Positions 1 through 9,044 of a stretch of DNA of 54,915 bases are shown here, one piece after another. Position 1 is the stretch's first letter; each line of letters starts with the position of its first letter. Both the position numbers and the translations under genes were made by a program. The notes below the pieces were generated by a model, which was given only the letters and a program-made list of their open reading frames with translations, was not told where the DNA came from and did not search any database. Source of the stretch: a virus (lineage: Duplodnaviria > Caudoviricetes); IMG/VR virus record IMGVR_UViG_3300020388_000692, positions 1-54,915 of that record. The stretch is one strand, 5' to 3'.

Positions 1-76
1 AGTTGTTTGCTGCCTTGGGTAGGTTCCACTTCGCAGCGAATAACATTTCCATAGACTGACGGGTTTCTGGTCTCAT
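1..76 (-). CDS. small conserved-looking cyanophage protein, truncated by window edge (MRPETRQSMEMLFAAKWNLPKAANN...)
   Basis: Hand translation from ATG at 76; open to the window edge; resembles a small cyanomyovirus family from memory. Confidence 0.55.
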   Translation of the reverse strand, partial: MRPETRQSMEMLFAAKWNLPKAANN

Positions 77-124
77 ATTTGTAGCACTTTAGGATTTCCT
101 TATACAGGGAGTAATGGTGTTGCA

Positions 125-301
125 TTATCCTTCGTCTGTAAGCAATACTTCACCACGCATCTCCATAAGTTTGATTGACGCAAGAGTTTCTACGCATTCC
201 CAATAGCATTCTCCACTGACCATGGTCTCATCACAAAAGTCTGTCGCAATATCTTCTTGGAGGTGGCGGAGTGAAACGAGGTCTTCGTGTTGGATTTCCA
301 T
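125..301 (-). CDS. hypothetical 58-aa protein (MEIQHEDLVSLRHLQEDIATDFCDETMVSGECYWECVETLASIKLMEMRGEVLLTDEG)
   Basis: Hand-translated ORF directly downstream of a perfect sigma70 promoter. Confidence 0.7.
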   Translation of the reverse strand: MEIQHEDLVSLRHLQEDIATDFCDETMVSGECYWECVETLASIKLMEMRGEVLLTDEG

Positions 302-324
302 TGTCGTTTGTTGAATACCTGTTT

Positions 325-353
325 ATTATAGCAGGTCTGGGTCAGGGTGTCAA
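325..353 (-). promoter_or_regulatory. early (host sigma70-type) promoter
   Basis: TTGACA-17 nt-TATAAT, perfect consensus, with TG extended -10. Confidence 0.85.
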
Positions 354-1906
354 GGATCAAAAGCAGTAAGGTCTTGACCATCAAAGTCACTGGACCGAAT
401 CTCTGACTTCTTCGCTCTCTGCTCTTCATATGCTGCACCTTGCAAGAGTCCCCATGCTTGTAACTCCTCCTCGTCTCTGTATGATCTCAGTGCCTGAGAG
501 AGCGCATTGAGACGCTGTGCTTCTGCAAGATTAGCATTGACTGAGTTGGTGAGTGCTGTCTCTGCATTAGTAATAGTAGTGTTTCTTGCATCACATGCTG
601 CTCCAGTCTCGGAACCTGGTGGTCCCACAGATGTATTTGTAGCAGTTGCTGTTGCTTCTGTAAGGGTGCTGCTAGTGGAGACTAGAGTTGTTCCTAATGT
701 AACATAGGTTGTAGCAGCAGTATCATCAGTAGAAATTGGCCAACTAAAGTTACCTTCGTAGTAAACTTCCTTACCAGCACCAATGAGAGGTTCAGGTTTT
801 CTTAACGCCTCATTCCACTGCTCAGGACCCTTAGGGTGTCCGTTATTAACAATCTCTGATTTGTGTCCTATACCCAATTGATTATCTAAGATTCCAATTG
901 TAACAGGATCAATAGGACTTTTTCTATAATCAAAGTTATCAGCAATATCTTTTGTATCTCTGATGACTACAAACTTTTGTTCATTGATAGTTTTCTGTGC
1001 TTCTGCATCAAGTAACAATGTTGGTTTAGGATCGTTTGTTCCAACAAACATAATCTCAAGAGTAACAGCTACTGTTGCAGAGTTACTTAATTGAAATGCT
1101 GGTCGTGTAATCTGTGCATTTGTAAAAGTTCCTGCATTCTGATCATAAAATGGAAGAGTTGTTACTGCTGTCGTGATTCCAATCACAGTCGTGCCCTCAG
1201 GGAGGACATTAAACATAGAGACTGCTGACCCTACTGTAACTGCAAGAGTTGATCCAGCACCAACAGCAACAAATAAATCCGAACCAATACCAATGTTTCC
1301 TTGGATTGTTGTAGTGATTCCAAGAACGTTTGTACTTCCAAATCCAGTTACTCTTGGTAAACCACCTGCGGGAAAAATCGTTGGGTTATCTAGATTGTCA
1401 GTAATAATATCCCCTACTTTGATACCTGTAATTCCTGTAGGACTGGTCACAGCAACTGTAGATATACCAGTGCCAGATGCTAGTTTTACATTACCTACTA
1501 CTTCAGTAATTATATTTGAACCATAGTCTCTGTTCAGTGGTTTTCTATAATACTTCTGACCATAATAATTTACCTGATTTCTAGTGTTATTCTTTACTAC
1601 GGTGTAGACTGTGTAATCATTGCCGTCATCATCCGTATCACTCTCTGTGACTTCCCAAGTAAGATCACTCCTACATCCACTCGAAATCCTATCAAGATAT
1701 GCCTGCTGAACTGGTTTGACATTATCGTTGATGTTTTGAATGAGATTTGGAATCTCTTTATCAATATTGATAATCATTTCATCGATCTCATCGATCTTAA
1801 CATCTTTCAATGCAAGCAATTTAAGAAGACCGTCTTTAGTTTCCTCACTCTGCTTGAGTTGTGATGCTAAGTCTCTAATTATATCTGCCTTTCTAGTGCC
1901 TGCCAT
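350..1906 (-). CDS. putative virion structural protein (518 aa; Thr/Gly-rich beta core, coiled-coil ends)
   Basis: Last gene of the gp5 operon; VGI(T/S)T-type repeats typical of cyanophage virion proteins. Confidence 0.55.
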   Translation of the reverse strand: MAGTRKADIIRDLASQLKQSEETKDGLLKLLALKDVKIDEIDEMIINIDKEIPNLIQNINDNVKPVQQAYLDRISSGCRSDLTWEVTESDTDDDGNDYTVYTVVKNNTRNQVNYYGQKYYRKPLNRDYGSNIITEVVGNVKLASGTGISTVAVTSPTGITGIKVGDIITDNLDNPTIFPAGGLPRVTGFGSTNVLGITTTIQGNIGIGSDLFVAVGAGSTLAVTVGSAVSMFNVLPEGTTVIGITTAVTTLPFYDQNAGTFTNAQITRPAFQLSNSATVAVTLEIMFVGTNDPKPTLLLDAEAQKTINEQKFVVIRDTKDIADNFDYRKSPIDPVTIGILDNQLGIGHKSEIVNNGHPKGPEQWNEALRKPEPLIGAGKEVYYEGNFSWPISTDDTAATTYVTLGTTLVSTSSTLTEATATATNTSVGPPGSETGAACDARNTTITNAETALTNSVNANLAEAQRLNALSQALRSYRDEEELQAWGLLQGAAYEEQRAKKSEIRSSDFDGQDLTAFDP

Positions 1907-2859
1907 TATTCATCCTCCTCCAAGTGGTGTGGCCACTGTGTTTGTCTACGATCATAATCCCATCCACCAATTACAAAACCAGTATTGTCACCTGGATAAT
2001 CATCAGGACTCATTCCATCATAAACGACATGAAGTTTTTCTTGAGTGATAGGATTAACCCATCGTGCTACCCATACCTGATAGAAGCAATCGATTGGTGC
2101 AGAAGCATTATTAGCAACTGTGACTCTATCATTGTTAATTGATTCTACAAATAATTCTTGATGAATACCAAAGGGAGTTAAGTTAACAGTAATACTATCG
2201 TAGTCTACCAGACCATCCCAATATTCGGGTAATTCTATCACATTACCATCCTTAAGTCTACCCCTGATATAAATTCCTGCCTCTGGTCCCTCTGTACATA
2301 TATGTCTAATTCGTTTTCCTTTTGTTTTCCAATGAGGCATATCAAATGGTGCTGGTTTGCAACCAGCAGGCACTCCAAAAGCAGTGCTAACATTACCAAC
2401 GAAATTTAAAGCTATTACTTCCTTTGCATCAATCAACCCTGCTTCAAGTATACCGTTACAGACAGTTGCTCCATTAAAAACAATCTCCCCATTACCAATG
2501 TTTATAGCTTGCTTTAAATCAACAGAGTTCTTAGTAGTAAATCCGTTCTTTATGTTACCACCAAATGATGTCTTCAATCCAAAAGCAGTATGCACTGCAT
2601 AAACATTAAAGGAACCAAAGATGTTAGCAACACCAGTAACTTCTAAAGAAGCTGGTAGAGTTAGTCCGGGTATTGCTTGAGGTGGTCCAATAGTCACACC
2701 TGCTCTTATTACACCGAACTGTAATGACTCTCCAAAGACACTAATACCTGGGTTAGTGAGGACACCATTAGCACCAAACTGTCCTAGACTGAGTTTGGAT
2801 GCATCAAAGGCACCTATCTGGCACTTTGCGGCTGAAACCTTAGGAGCTTTAACTGACAT
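1906..2859 (-). CDS. putative baseplate spike-associated protein: beta-helix-like N-terminus plus C-terminal chaperone-like domain
   Basis: Gly/Asn-rich repeats, then PFDMPH..RHICTEGPE..YIRGRL..IELPEYW..LVD..SITVNLTP, a motif seen at the ends of phage spike/fibre proteins; downstream of gp5. Confidence 0.55.
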   Translation of the reverse strand: MSVKAPKVSAAKCQIGAFDASKLSLGQFGANGVLTNPGISVFGESLQFGVIRAGVTIGPPQAIPGLTLPASLEVTGVANIFGSFNVYAVHTAFGLKTSFGGNIKNGFTTKNSVDLKQAINIGNGEIVFNGATVCNGILEAGLIDAKEVIALNFVGNVSTAFGVPAGCKPAPFDMPHWKTKGKRIRHICTEGPEAGIYIRGRLKDGNVIELPEYWDGLVDYDSITVNLTPFGIHQELFVESINNDRVTVANNASAPIDCFYQVWVARWVNPITQEKLHVVYDGMSPDDYPGDNTGFVIGGWDYDRRQTQWPHHLEEDE

Positions 2860-2862
2860 AAT

Positions 2863-3480
2863 TTATGACCCAGTACCTAAGATTAGATTAATTCTCTCAA
2901 GATTATTGATAATTTTCCCCAAGAGAGTTGGAGATAGAACTGCATCTTGACCACTAGACATATTGACATCACCTGTTTGTGCATGAATTTCACATGCTGA
3001 TCCACCCTGAATACGCAGTGCTGCTTTAGCAGTTACATCAGTTTGGGTTCCTTTAATACTAACCTCTGGGGCATTACAAGTCAAAGTCTTTGGAGAATCA
3101 ATAAAGACATCACCATCAGCATCTGTTGCTTTAATTTTTACGTTGGCACCTTCTAATATCAGATCACCATCAGGGCATGTGATTTTTATGTTTCCGGTCC
3201 TCGCATCAAGAACAATTGCAAATGCACTATTGTCTTCTTGCTCTCCACCAGCAGTCATTTCAATAGATTTATTTGCTATTATCTTAGCATTTCCTTTCTT
3301 ATAGAATTGAATACCCTGATTCTCATCAGTAGCAACTATAAACTCAGCAAGTCCATGACTTTGAGTCATACAATTTGATTCAATATTAAATCCAGGACGA
3401 CGCATTGCAAAGTAGTCCCTTGCAAACTCATCCAATCTCTCATCTATTCTCTTGTTAATTTCTTCTTCTGTCATATACAA
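2863..3480 (-). CDS. gp5 C-terminal-like beta-helix spike protein
   Basis: Repeating xGxIxIx units (GNIKIT, GDLILEG, GDVFID, GDVNMS); immediately follows gp5; true start perhaps 3474. Confidence 0.6.
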   Translation of the reverse strand: MYMTEEEINKRIDERLDEFARDYFAMRRPGFNIESNCMTQSHGLAEFIVATDENQGIQFYKKGNAKIIANKSIEMTAGGEQEDNSAFAIVLDARTGNIKITCPDGDLILEGANVKIKATDADGDVFIDSPKTLTCNAPEVSIKGTQTDVTAKAALRIQGGSACEIHAQTGDVNMSSGQDAVLSPTLLGKIINNLERINLILGTGS

Positions 3481-5948
3481 TCAATAACACTAGTGATACC
3501 TACGAGACCAGATCTAGCAACACCTGATGTGTCTACATTTTCCATCTGCTTATAAGTTAGAATAGGAATAAGATTTGCTCCCACTCCATTCCTACTATTT
3601 ATTGTGATCTTTGGAATGAAATTATATTCAGAATTAAGGTCAACTGGTATTCTAACATCAATGATAGATCCATTTCCTTCAGTGGGTATAGGTGCAACAA
3701 CAGCCACTGATCGGTCACCATCACGTATAATATTAGGTAGTGTAACAACAGGATCAAATACTATTCCTACTAGATCATCTGTGGGTACATCAGAATTGAT
3801 AGTATCCTCTCCAATGAGACGCGGTAGTGGAATCAGTACACTATCACCAATTGTATATCCAATGCCTGGTCTATCAACAAAGATTGCAGTAATAATACCA
3901 ACAGGATTGGGTACGATTGGCGATACATTAGGACAGTATCCAAAACCAGAACTAACAACTACGATCTGACTGATCTCTCCATTAGGATCAACCAGAACCT
4001 TAAGTTGTGCATTACGACCATTGTTAGTGTTATCAACTATGGATGCTGCTGTGGTTGAATCATATCCAGAACCTCTGCTTGTGATCTGTGTGGCAATGAT
4101 TCTTCCAAACTCACTAACAATGGGAGTTGCAGATGCGCCACTACCTTTACCAGTTATCTCAATCTCTGGTGTAATGCATTTATCAAATACAAATCCAGGT
4201 GGCATAGGCATAAGATCCCTCTGCCTGGTTGGATTATTAACTTTCAGAGTACAAGAGTCAAAGATACTATTGGTTCCAAAGAATGATGATGTTGCAATTG
4301 CACTTTCGATTGAACCCAATGCTCCGTTAAGTGCTCCTGCAGAATTACCTCCTGTCAGTTTATCAGTTGCTTTCAGCACTGATTCTAATCTCATTCCATT
4401 ATATTCTGACTGATTGAATTGATCTGTTCCAAAGAAGTTACCAATACCAGTTGATGCCTCATCTGATATCTGTGTAAGATCAGCAGACACACCCTTGAGT
4501 AGATTGATATTACTGACTTGTCTATCCCAATCGTCTGCTGCTCCTTCTATCGAACCACTCAATGTTGATGCCCACTTGGATGGAGTGGTACACTTCCTAC
4601 CATCACAACCAATGAAACTCAAGATTTGAGCAGCAAGATTAGATGCCTTTCCAATGAACTCTGAGATTGTTCCGATACCACCAGTCAACCAATCAAGTCC
4701 TGACAGAACTGGTTCCATTGCATTTTCAAGTTGCTCAAATACTTTAGCGAAGATACCAGAAACAAACTGTTCAGCAGCACAGACAGGACCACTAACTACA
4801 TCCTCAATCAATGAAGTGAACATGTTCTTCAGGAAGTCACCCAGATCACCAAGAAGTTTTTCAAAGATACAGAAGATGATATCAAGAATTTTTTGATATG
4901 CTGCTCTGGATGCCTCGTCTCCAAGAAACTCAAATGGGTTGACAAGATTTAAAGTACCTAAGAATTGTGAGAAAAGAAAATTTAACTTTCCAATGATTCC
5001 ATCTCTAACATTATTCAACACACCTTTGATAAGTCCTTTGACTTGTCTTAGAATCCTTCTAAGTTCAGCATCCATGTCAATGATCTTATTAGCAATAGGA
5101 TCAACGAACTTACCAAGAGAACTTTCTAAACTATTTGTGAGGGTAATGAAGTCTGTAAGTATCTGAGTGATCTGTCCTATCGTATCGTTCTGACAGTTAC
5201 TTGGATTTACATGATTCTTTGTTCCATTTTTTTCACCAACCTTTGCACTATCACTAGCTTGCCCCTGCACAGCTGTAATTACACCCTCCGTTTGACCTTG
5301 ACCAGGATCTCCTGAAGCAGTTGTAATTGAAAGAGAAGGGATTTCCGTCTCATTAGTTACACCAGTCTCAACAGGAGCGTTTGGATTGAAAGTTCTACTT
5401 ACAACTTTGATCTGACCCTTACTTGCGGAAGAGGATGTTGATGCTGGTTTGACTAGAGCAGTACTAGAATTACTAGGAGAAATTAGTGGTGATCTTTTAG
5501 TAGTTAGATGTTCATTGCGACCGGTCATATTTCTAAAACCGGAAGACTTATTATTCTTTAACTCTGATTCACTGATACTATTTCTAATCCCACCATGTCT
5601 GCTGATGAGACCCATGATGACTGGTTGTTGTGCCTCTTCTCCATCAAGGAAAAATCCAATACAAGTTTCACCACCTTGAAGACAAATTTCATCACCCATA
5701 CCACCCTGACCACTGCCAGTTGCAGGGTTCAACATAACTGTTGCCCAAGGCAAGTCTTCCTCTGCTAATTCATTAGTCCAAGGATGATATCCGACAATTC
5801 TAACCTTTACTCTTTGGTTATAGGACTTCGACTGGGACATGACAGTGTTGACATTTTTCCAGGTGTCTTGATCAGCAACCCTGCCAAACCACCATACGAA
5901 GCCATCTCTTCCAGCGAATTCAGTTTTTAGTAGAACGTCATCAATCAT
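3471..5948 (-). CDS. gp5: baseplate hub subunit gp5 (OB-fold N-terminus; no T4 lysozyme domain evident)
   Basis: FVWWFGRV..RVKVRIVGYH..EDLPWA..GFFLDGEEAQQPVIMG is the T4 gp5 OB-fold signature; GSGY repeats at the C-terminus. Confidence 0.9.
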   Translation of the reverse strand: MIDDVLLKTEFAGRDGFVWWFGRVADQDTWKNVNTVMSQSKSYNQRVKVRIVGYHPWTNELAEEDLPWATVMLNPATGSGQGGMGDEICLQGGETCIGFFLDGEEAQQPVIMGLISRHGGIRNSISESELKNNKSSGFRNMTGRNEHLTTKRSPLISPSNSSTALVKPASTSSSASKGQIKVVSRTFNPNAPVETGVTNETEIPSLSITTASGDPGQGQTEGVITAVQGQASDSAKVGEKNGTKNHVNPSNCQNDTIGQITQILTDFITLTNSLESSLGKFVDPIANKIIDMDAELRRILRQVKGLIKGVLNNVRDGIIGKLNFLFSQFLGTLNLVNPFEFLGDEASRAAYQKILDIIFCIFEKLLGDLGDFLKNMFTSLIEDVVSGPVCAAEQFVSGIFAKVFEQLENAMEPVLSGLDWLTGGIGTISEFIGKASNLAAQILSFIGCDGRKCTTPSKWASTLSGSIEGAADDWDRQVSNINLLKGVSADLTQISDEASTGIGNFFGTDQFNQSEYNGMRLESVLKATDKLTGGNSAGALNGALGSIESAIATSSFFGTNSIFDSCTLKVNNPTRQRDLMPMPPGFVFDKCITPEIEITGKGSGASATPIVSEFGRIIATQITSRGSGYDSTTAASIVDNTNNGRNAQLKVLVDPNGEISQIVVVSSGFGYCPNVSPIVPNPVGIITAIFVDRPGIGYTIGDSVLIPLPRLIGEDTINSDVPTDDLVGIVFDPVVTLPNIIRDGDRSVAVVAPIPTEGNGSIIDVRIPVDLNSEYNFIPKITINSRNGVGANLIPILTYKQMENVDTSGVARSGLVGITSVIDCI

Positions 5949-5954
5949 TAGTCG

Positions 5955-6182
5955 TTAGTCTTCGTAAATCCTACACTCGTCTGCATCTGGATGTGTGTCA
6001 CAATACATTTCTAATGGGGTAGGATCATGATGATCACCTTGCTCAATTTCTTTCTTATGGTTCTCCACATACTCTTCTAACTCATGCAGTTCGCCTTCAA
6101 TGTGACGACGCATCTGTGGATTAGTTGTGGGATCTTCAAGGATTTGCTTATCCTTCTCAATATGCTTTTCGATACTTTCCAT
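5955..6182 (-). CDS. cp12: CP12 Calvin cycle inhibitor
   Basis: C-terminal PLEMYCDTHPDADECRIYED CP12 motif; 75 aa. Confidence 0.95.
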   Translation of the reverse strand: MESIEKHIEKDKQILEDPTTNPQMRRHIEGELHELEEYVENHKKEIEQGDHHDPTPLEMYCDTHPDADECRIYED

Positions 6183-7478
6183 TTAGTTTACTCCGTATGA
6201 ATCTCTTATCAATTTAAGACTTGTTGTGTTTAGACCTTGACTTAGATGATGTCTAAGTTGTCTTATAAGGTAACGTCCACTAATTTCTTTATCTGGTTCT
6301 GTAGATTTGCCGGAATTCATTTCAGAAAATTCACAATGCACAATGTCACCAACTTTTAAGTTTACGTTACATGGTATCATAATATTTAGTGACTGCGAGA
6401 AAAGTAAATTATATCTAGCAGTGGACTTTGCTAAGTCTGCAGGAATTCTACCTGAATTATCTGTTCCACCTCCAGAATTCATTATACCATTATCTGTAGA
6501 TTTGACAAGTATTCTACTAGGATACTCTACTAAGTCAGAGGATATTGATAATCCATCTTGCTTAGTCATCTTCTTGTTGCCAATCTCCTCTGTGATATCA
6601 TAATTATAAACAGTTATTTCGTTGTCATCAATATTATACAGGTAAGTTTGATTCTTAAACATTCCAAATCTTAATGCTGCCCTCACATCAATGTTTCTAT
6701 CAAACGAGAAACTTATAATCTTAAATCTATTAGCTGTCTCAGCAGATTTAATAACCTTACCAGTATAATTATATCTAAATATCTGCTCTTCTCTTGCGCT
6801 TCCAATCAGTTCAGTTAATTTATCAATACTCTTAAAGTTAAATCCTTCTCTGTTTTCATAGAAAAAGAATCCAACTGTCCCTCGTGCTTTTTCTTGTTTG
6901 GAACCATTTGGTTCTGGATCTAATTCTCCTGCCCTAGATGATAATGTCTTTGGACTTAACCACTCTAATATTTTAAATGGTTTCCTCATCGAACCAATCC
7001 ACTTATAAGAATTCGCAGATTCTTCTATGTTCTCATCTAAAAACTTCGTAGTTTTTAAATCGTTTACAAGAACATCTTTTACAGATTCACTTATCTTTCC
7101 AGTATATTTTCTAAAACATCTACTTGATTCATTGTTAAGGCACTCTTGTGTTGCAATGTGCAGAGTAAAAGTCTCTGCCATCCTGCTTCCTTCCTGACCA
7201 GTGACCATATAGATACGAAGAGATTCTTGTTCACCAAGAAATTTTAATTCACCAAATCCGGTATCAATTTCTACTTCTACTTCTTCACCACCTCGTATAG
7301 GGAGACCACTCACAATAGAATACTTGTTAGTACATTGAGCTATTATGGAAACTGTAGGACTCAATATATCCTCATAATAATCAACAGATAGGATTGAGTT
7401 TGTAATGTCAATTTTATTACCATCCAAAGATTTGATGGTAAACTGCTTTGGTTTATAACCTTGTACTGCCTCTGACAT
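6183..7478 (-). CDS. baseplate hub protein (gp27-like)
   Basis: YYEDILSP, FFFYENREGFNFKSID, LKVGDIV..SGRYLI..LRHH motifs typical of hub proteins; lies upstream of gp5. Confidence 0.65.
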   Translation of the reverse strand: MSEAVQGYKPKQFTIKSLDGNKIDITNSILSVDYYEDILSPTVSIIAQCTNKYSIVSGLPIRGGEEVEVEIDTGFGELKFLGEQESLRIYMVTGQEGSRMAETFTLHIATQECLNNESSRCFRKYTGKISESVKDVLVNDLKTTKFLDENIEESANSYKWIGSMRKPFKILEWLSPKTLSSRAGELDPEPNGSKQEKARGTVGFFFYENREGFNFKSIDKLTELIGSAREEQIFRYNYTGKVIKSAETANRFKIISFSFDRNIDVRAALRFGMFKNQTYLYNIDDNEITVYNYDITEEIGNKKMTKQDGLSISSDLVEYPSRILVKSTDNGIMNSGGGTDNSGRIPADLAKSTARYNLLFSQSLNIMIPCNVNLKVGDIVHCEFSEMNSGKSTEPDKEISGRYLIRQLRHHLSQGLNTTSLKLIRDSYGVN

Positions 7479-9044
7479 TTACTTTGCGCCCAGTTTTCTG
7501 TACATCTGTTTTTTATGTAGGTCTTGAGGGTCTGAAGCAGTTAGAATTAACACTTCGGGTGGAGCACCATCTGCTCCCGTAGGAATAGGCATAATCCTGG
7601 TTGGTGATCCTCCACCACCTTGATTCATTCCTTGATTATTAAGAATGATCATACCACCACCATTCAATGCTTGCTCTGCTGCTGGAGACAACATTGAAAC
7701 ATTCATATCAGGGGGAACAGTATCTAGAAGTTCTTGGATATCATACTGTTCAGCATCTTGTGTGGGTAGTTCTACATCACCAGTCAATACATCTCGGTAT
7801 AGAATTGTATTGTCCATCAATTCTTTGTTTGACATGTATGCAAACGCATCAAATACTTGTTGTATGTTACCGGTATAAGGTGCTATCAAGTTCTGGAAAC
7901 TTTGAATCATACTATCAAATATATTGGGTTGCTGTTGTTGCTGCTGCTGTGAATTATTCTCTGGACGAGGAGCAGCTGGAGGTGTTGCACCAGGTTGAAC
8001 TGGTTGTGCGGGTTGTGATGCCAGACCATTCAAGAACGCTACCGGGTCTCTTGTTCCTGCAAAACCATAAGTCTCTTTTCTTCCATCTCTAATCTCATAA
8101 TGAAAGACACCAGTTTGGGATGTTCCTCTTTGGACTGGGGTGCCTGCTGGAATTACATCTCCTACTTTAACTAAATTCCTATCACCTTCTGCAATTCTTT
8201 CTGTAACTCCAAGTTGTTCATTAAAGATATCAACGTAATTTCCATATCCACCACCACCTCCGCCATAAGCAAGAGTAACCTCTCCACCAATTCTAGAAAA
8301 GAAAGTATCATTAGGACCAGCATCAAAGTCTTGTCCAGCATGTTTTCTATCTGGTATTCCATCACCATTATCATCTCTGTCAGCACCATATTGTTGAGCG
8401 GATGCATATGAACCAGTCCCAGTTGGTGGTAGTGGAGGTAGAGATGCTTGACTGGGAACAGCAGGTGCTAGCGGTGCAGGGTCAGGTGGTGGTGTAGAAG
8501 ATTTACGAGAGGATGAGTTAGGATTATAAGGTTGTCCAGAAACCATCGGTTCATTAAATGGAGTTATTGGTGTTGCTGCTGGTGGTGTAGGAAGGGGTGC
8601 TGCAGCAGATGCAACTCCAGATAGATCTGGTAATGCAGGTGTAAGACTTTCAACTTCTGTACCCGTAAGACCAAATACGTTGTTTCCAATGTTAGTAATA
8701 GATTTTAGACCGCCACCAGTAAGAAAAGACATGGCACTGGAGACCATCTGCTGGATGCCATCGAAACCTCCAATAGCAGCAAAACCAATACCACCAGCAC
8801 CGATTGCAGCTATGGCACCAAGAATTCCAAGTCCACTGCCTCTATCTTTTGTTGCTTCATCATGTAATTCATCGAGTTCTTCTTTACTAGGTAGTTCAGA
8901 TTTTTCTGCAGCAACACCCTGCATCCATCTTTTAAACTTCTCAAGATCTTCTTTACGATCAATATCCATGGATTCAACAATCCTAATGGATGAATCGACT
9001 TCAAACTTTTCTGGTTTTGGATTTTGCTTGAAGAGATTAAACAT
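7479..9044 (-). CDS. virion-associated protein with M23 peptidase domain
   Basis: RKHAGQDF (HxxxD), GGYGNYV, VKVGDVI..G and VFHYEIR; Pro/Gln-rich linkers; hydrophobic N-terminal segment. Confidence 0.75.
   Translation of the reverse strand: MFNLFKQNPKPEKFEVDSSIRIVESMDIDRKEDLEKFKRWMQGVAAEKSELPSKEELDELHDEATKDRGSGLGILGAIAAIGAGGIGFAAIGGFDGIQQMVSSAMSFLTGGGLKSITNIGNNVFGLTGTEVESLTPALPDLSGVASAAAPLPTPPAATPITPFNEPMVSGQPYNPNSSSRKSSTPPPDPAPLAPAVPSQASLPPLPPTGTGSYASAQQYGADRDDNGDGIPDRKHAGQDFDAGPNDTFFSRIGGEVTLAYGGGGGGYGNYVDIFNEQLGVTERIAEGDRNLVKVGDVIPAGTPVQRGTSQTGVFHYEIRDGRKETYGFAGTRDPVAFLNGLASQPAQPVQPGATPPAAPRPENNSQQQQQQQPNIFDSMIQSFQNLIAPYTGNIQQVFDAFAYMSNKELMDNTILYRDVLTGDVELPTQDAEQYDIQELLDTVPPDMNVSMLSPAAEQALNGGGMIILNNQGMNQGGGGSPTRIMPIPTGADGAPPEVLILTASDPQDLHKKQMYRKLGAK

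Noticed and set aside
190-438. 82-aa minus-strand ORF in the track
   Set aside because: It runs across a perfect promoter and overlaps the 518-aa gene; the 125-301 ORF in another frame fits better.
7928-7950. CAG/CAA trinucleotide run
   Set aside because: It simply encodes a poly-Gln linker in the M23 protein.
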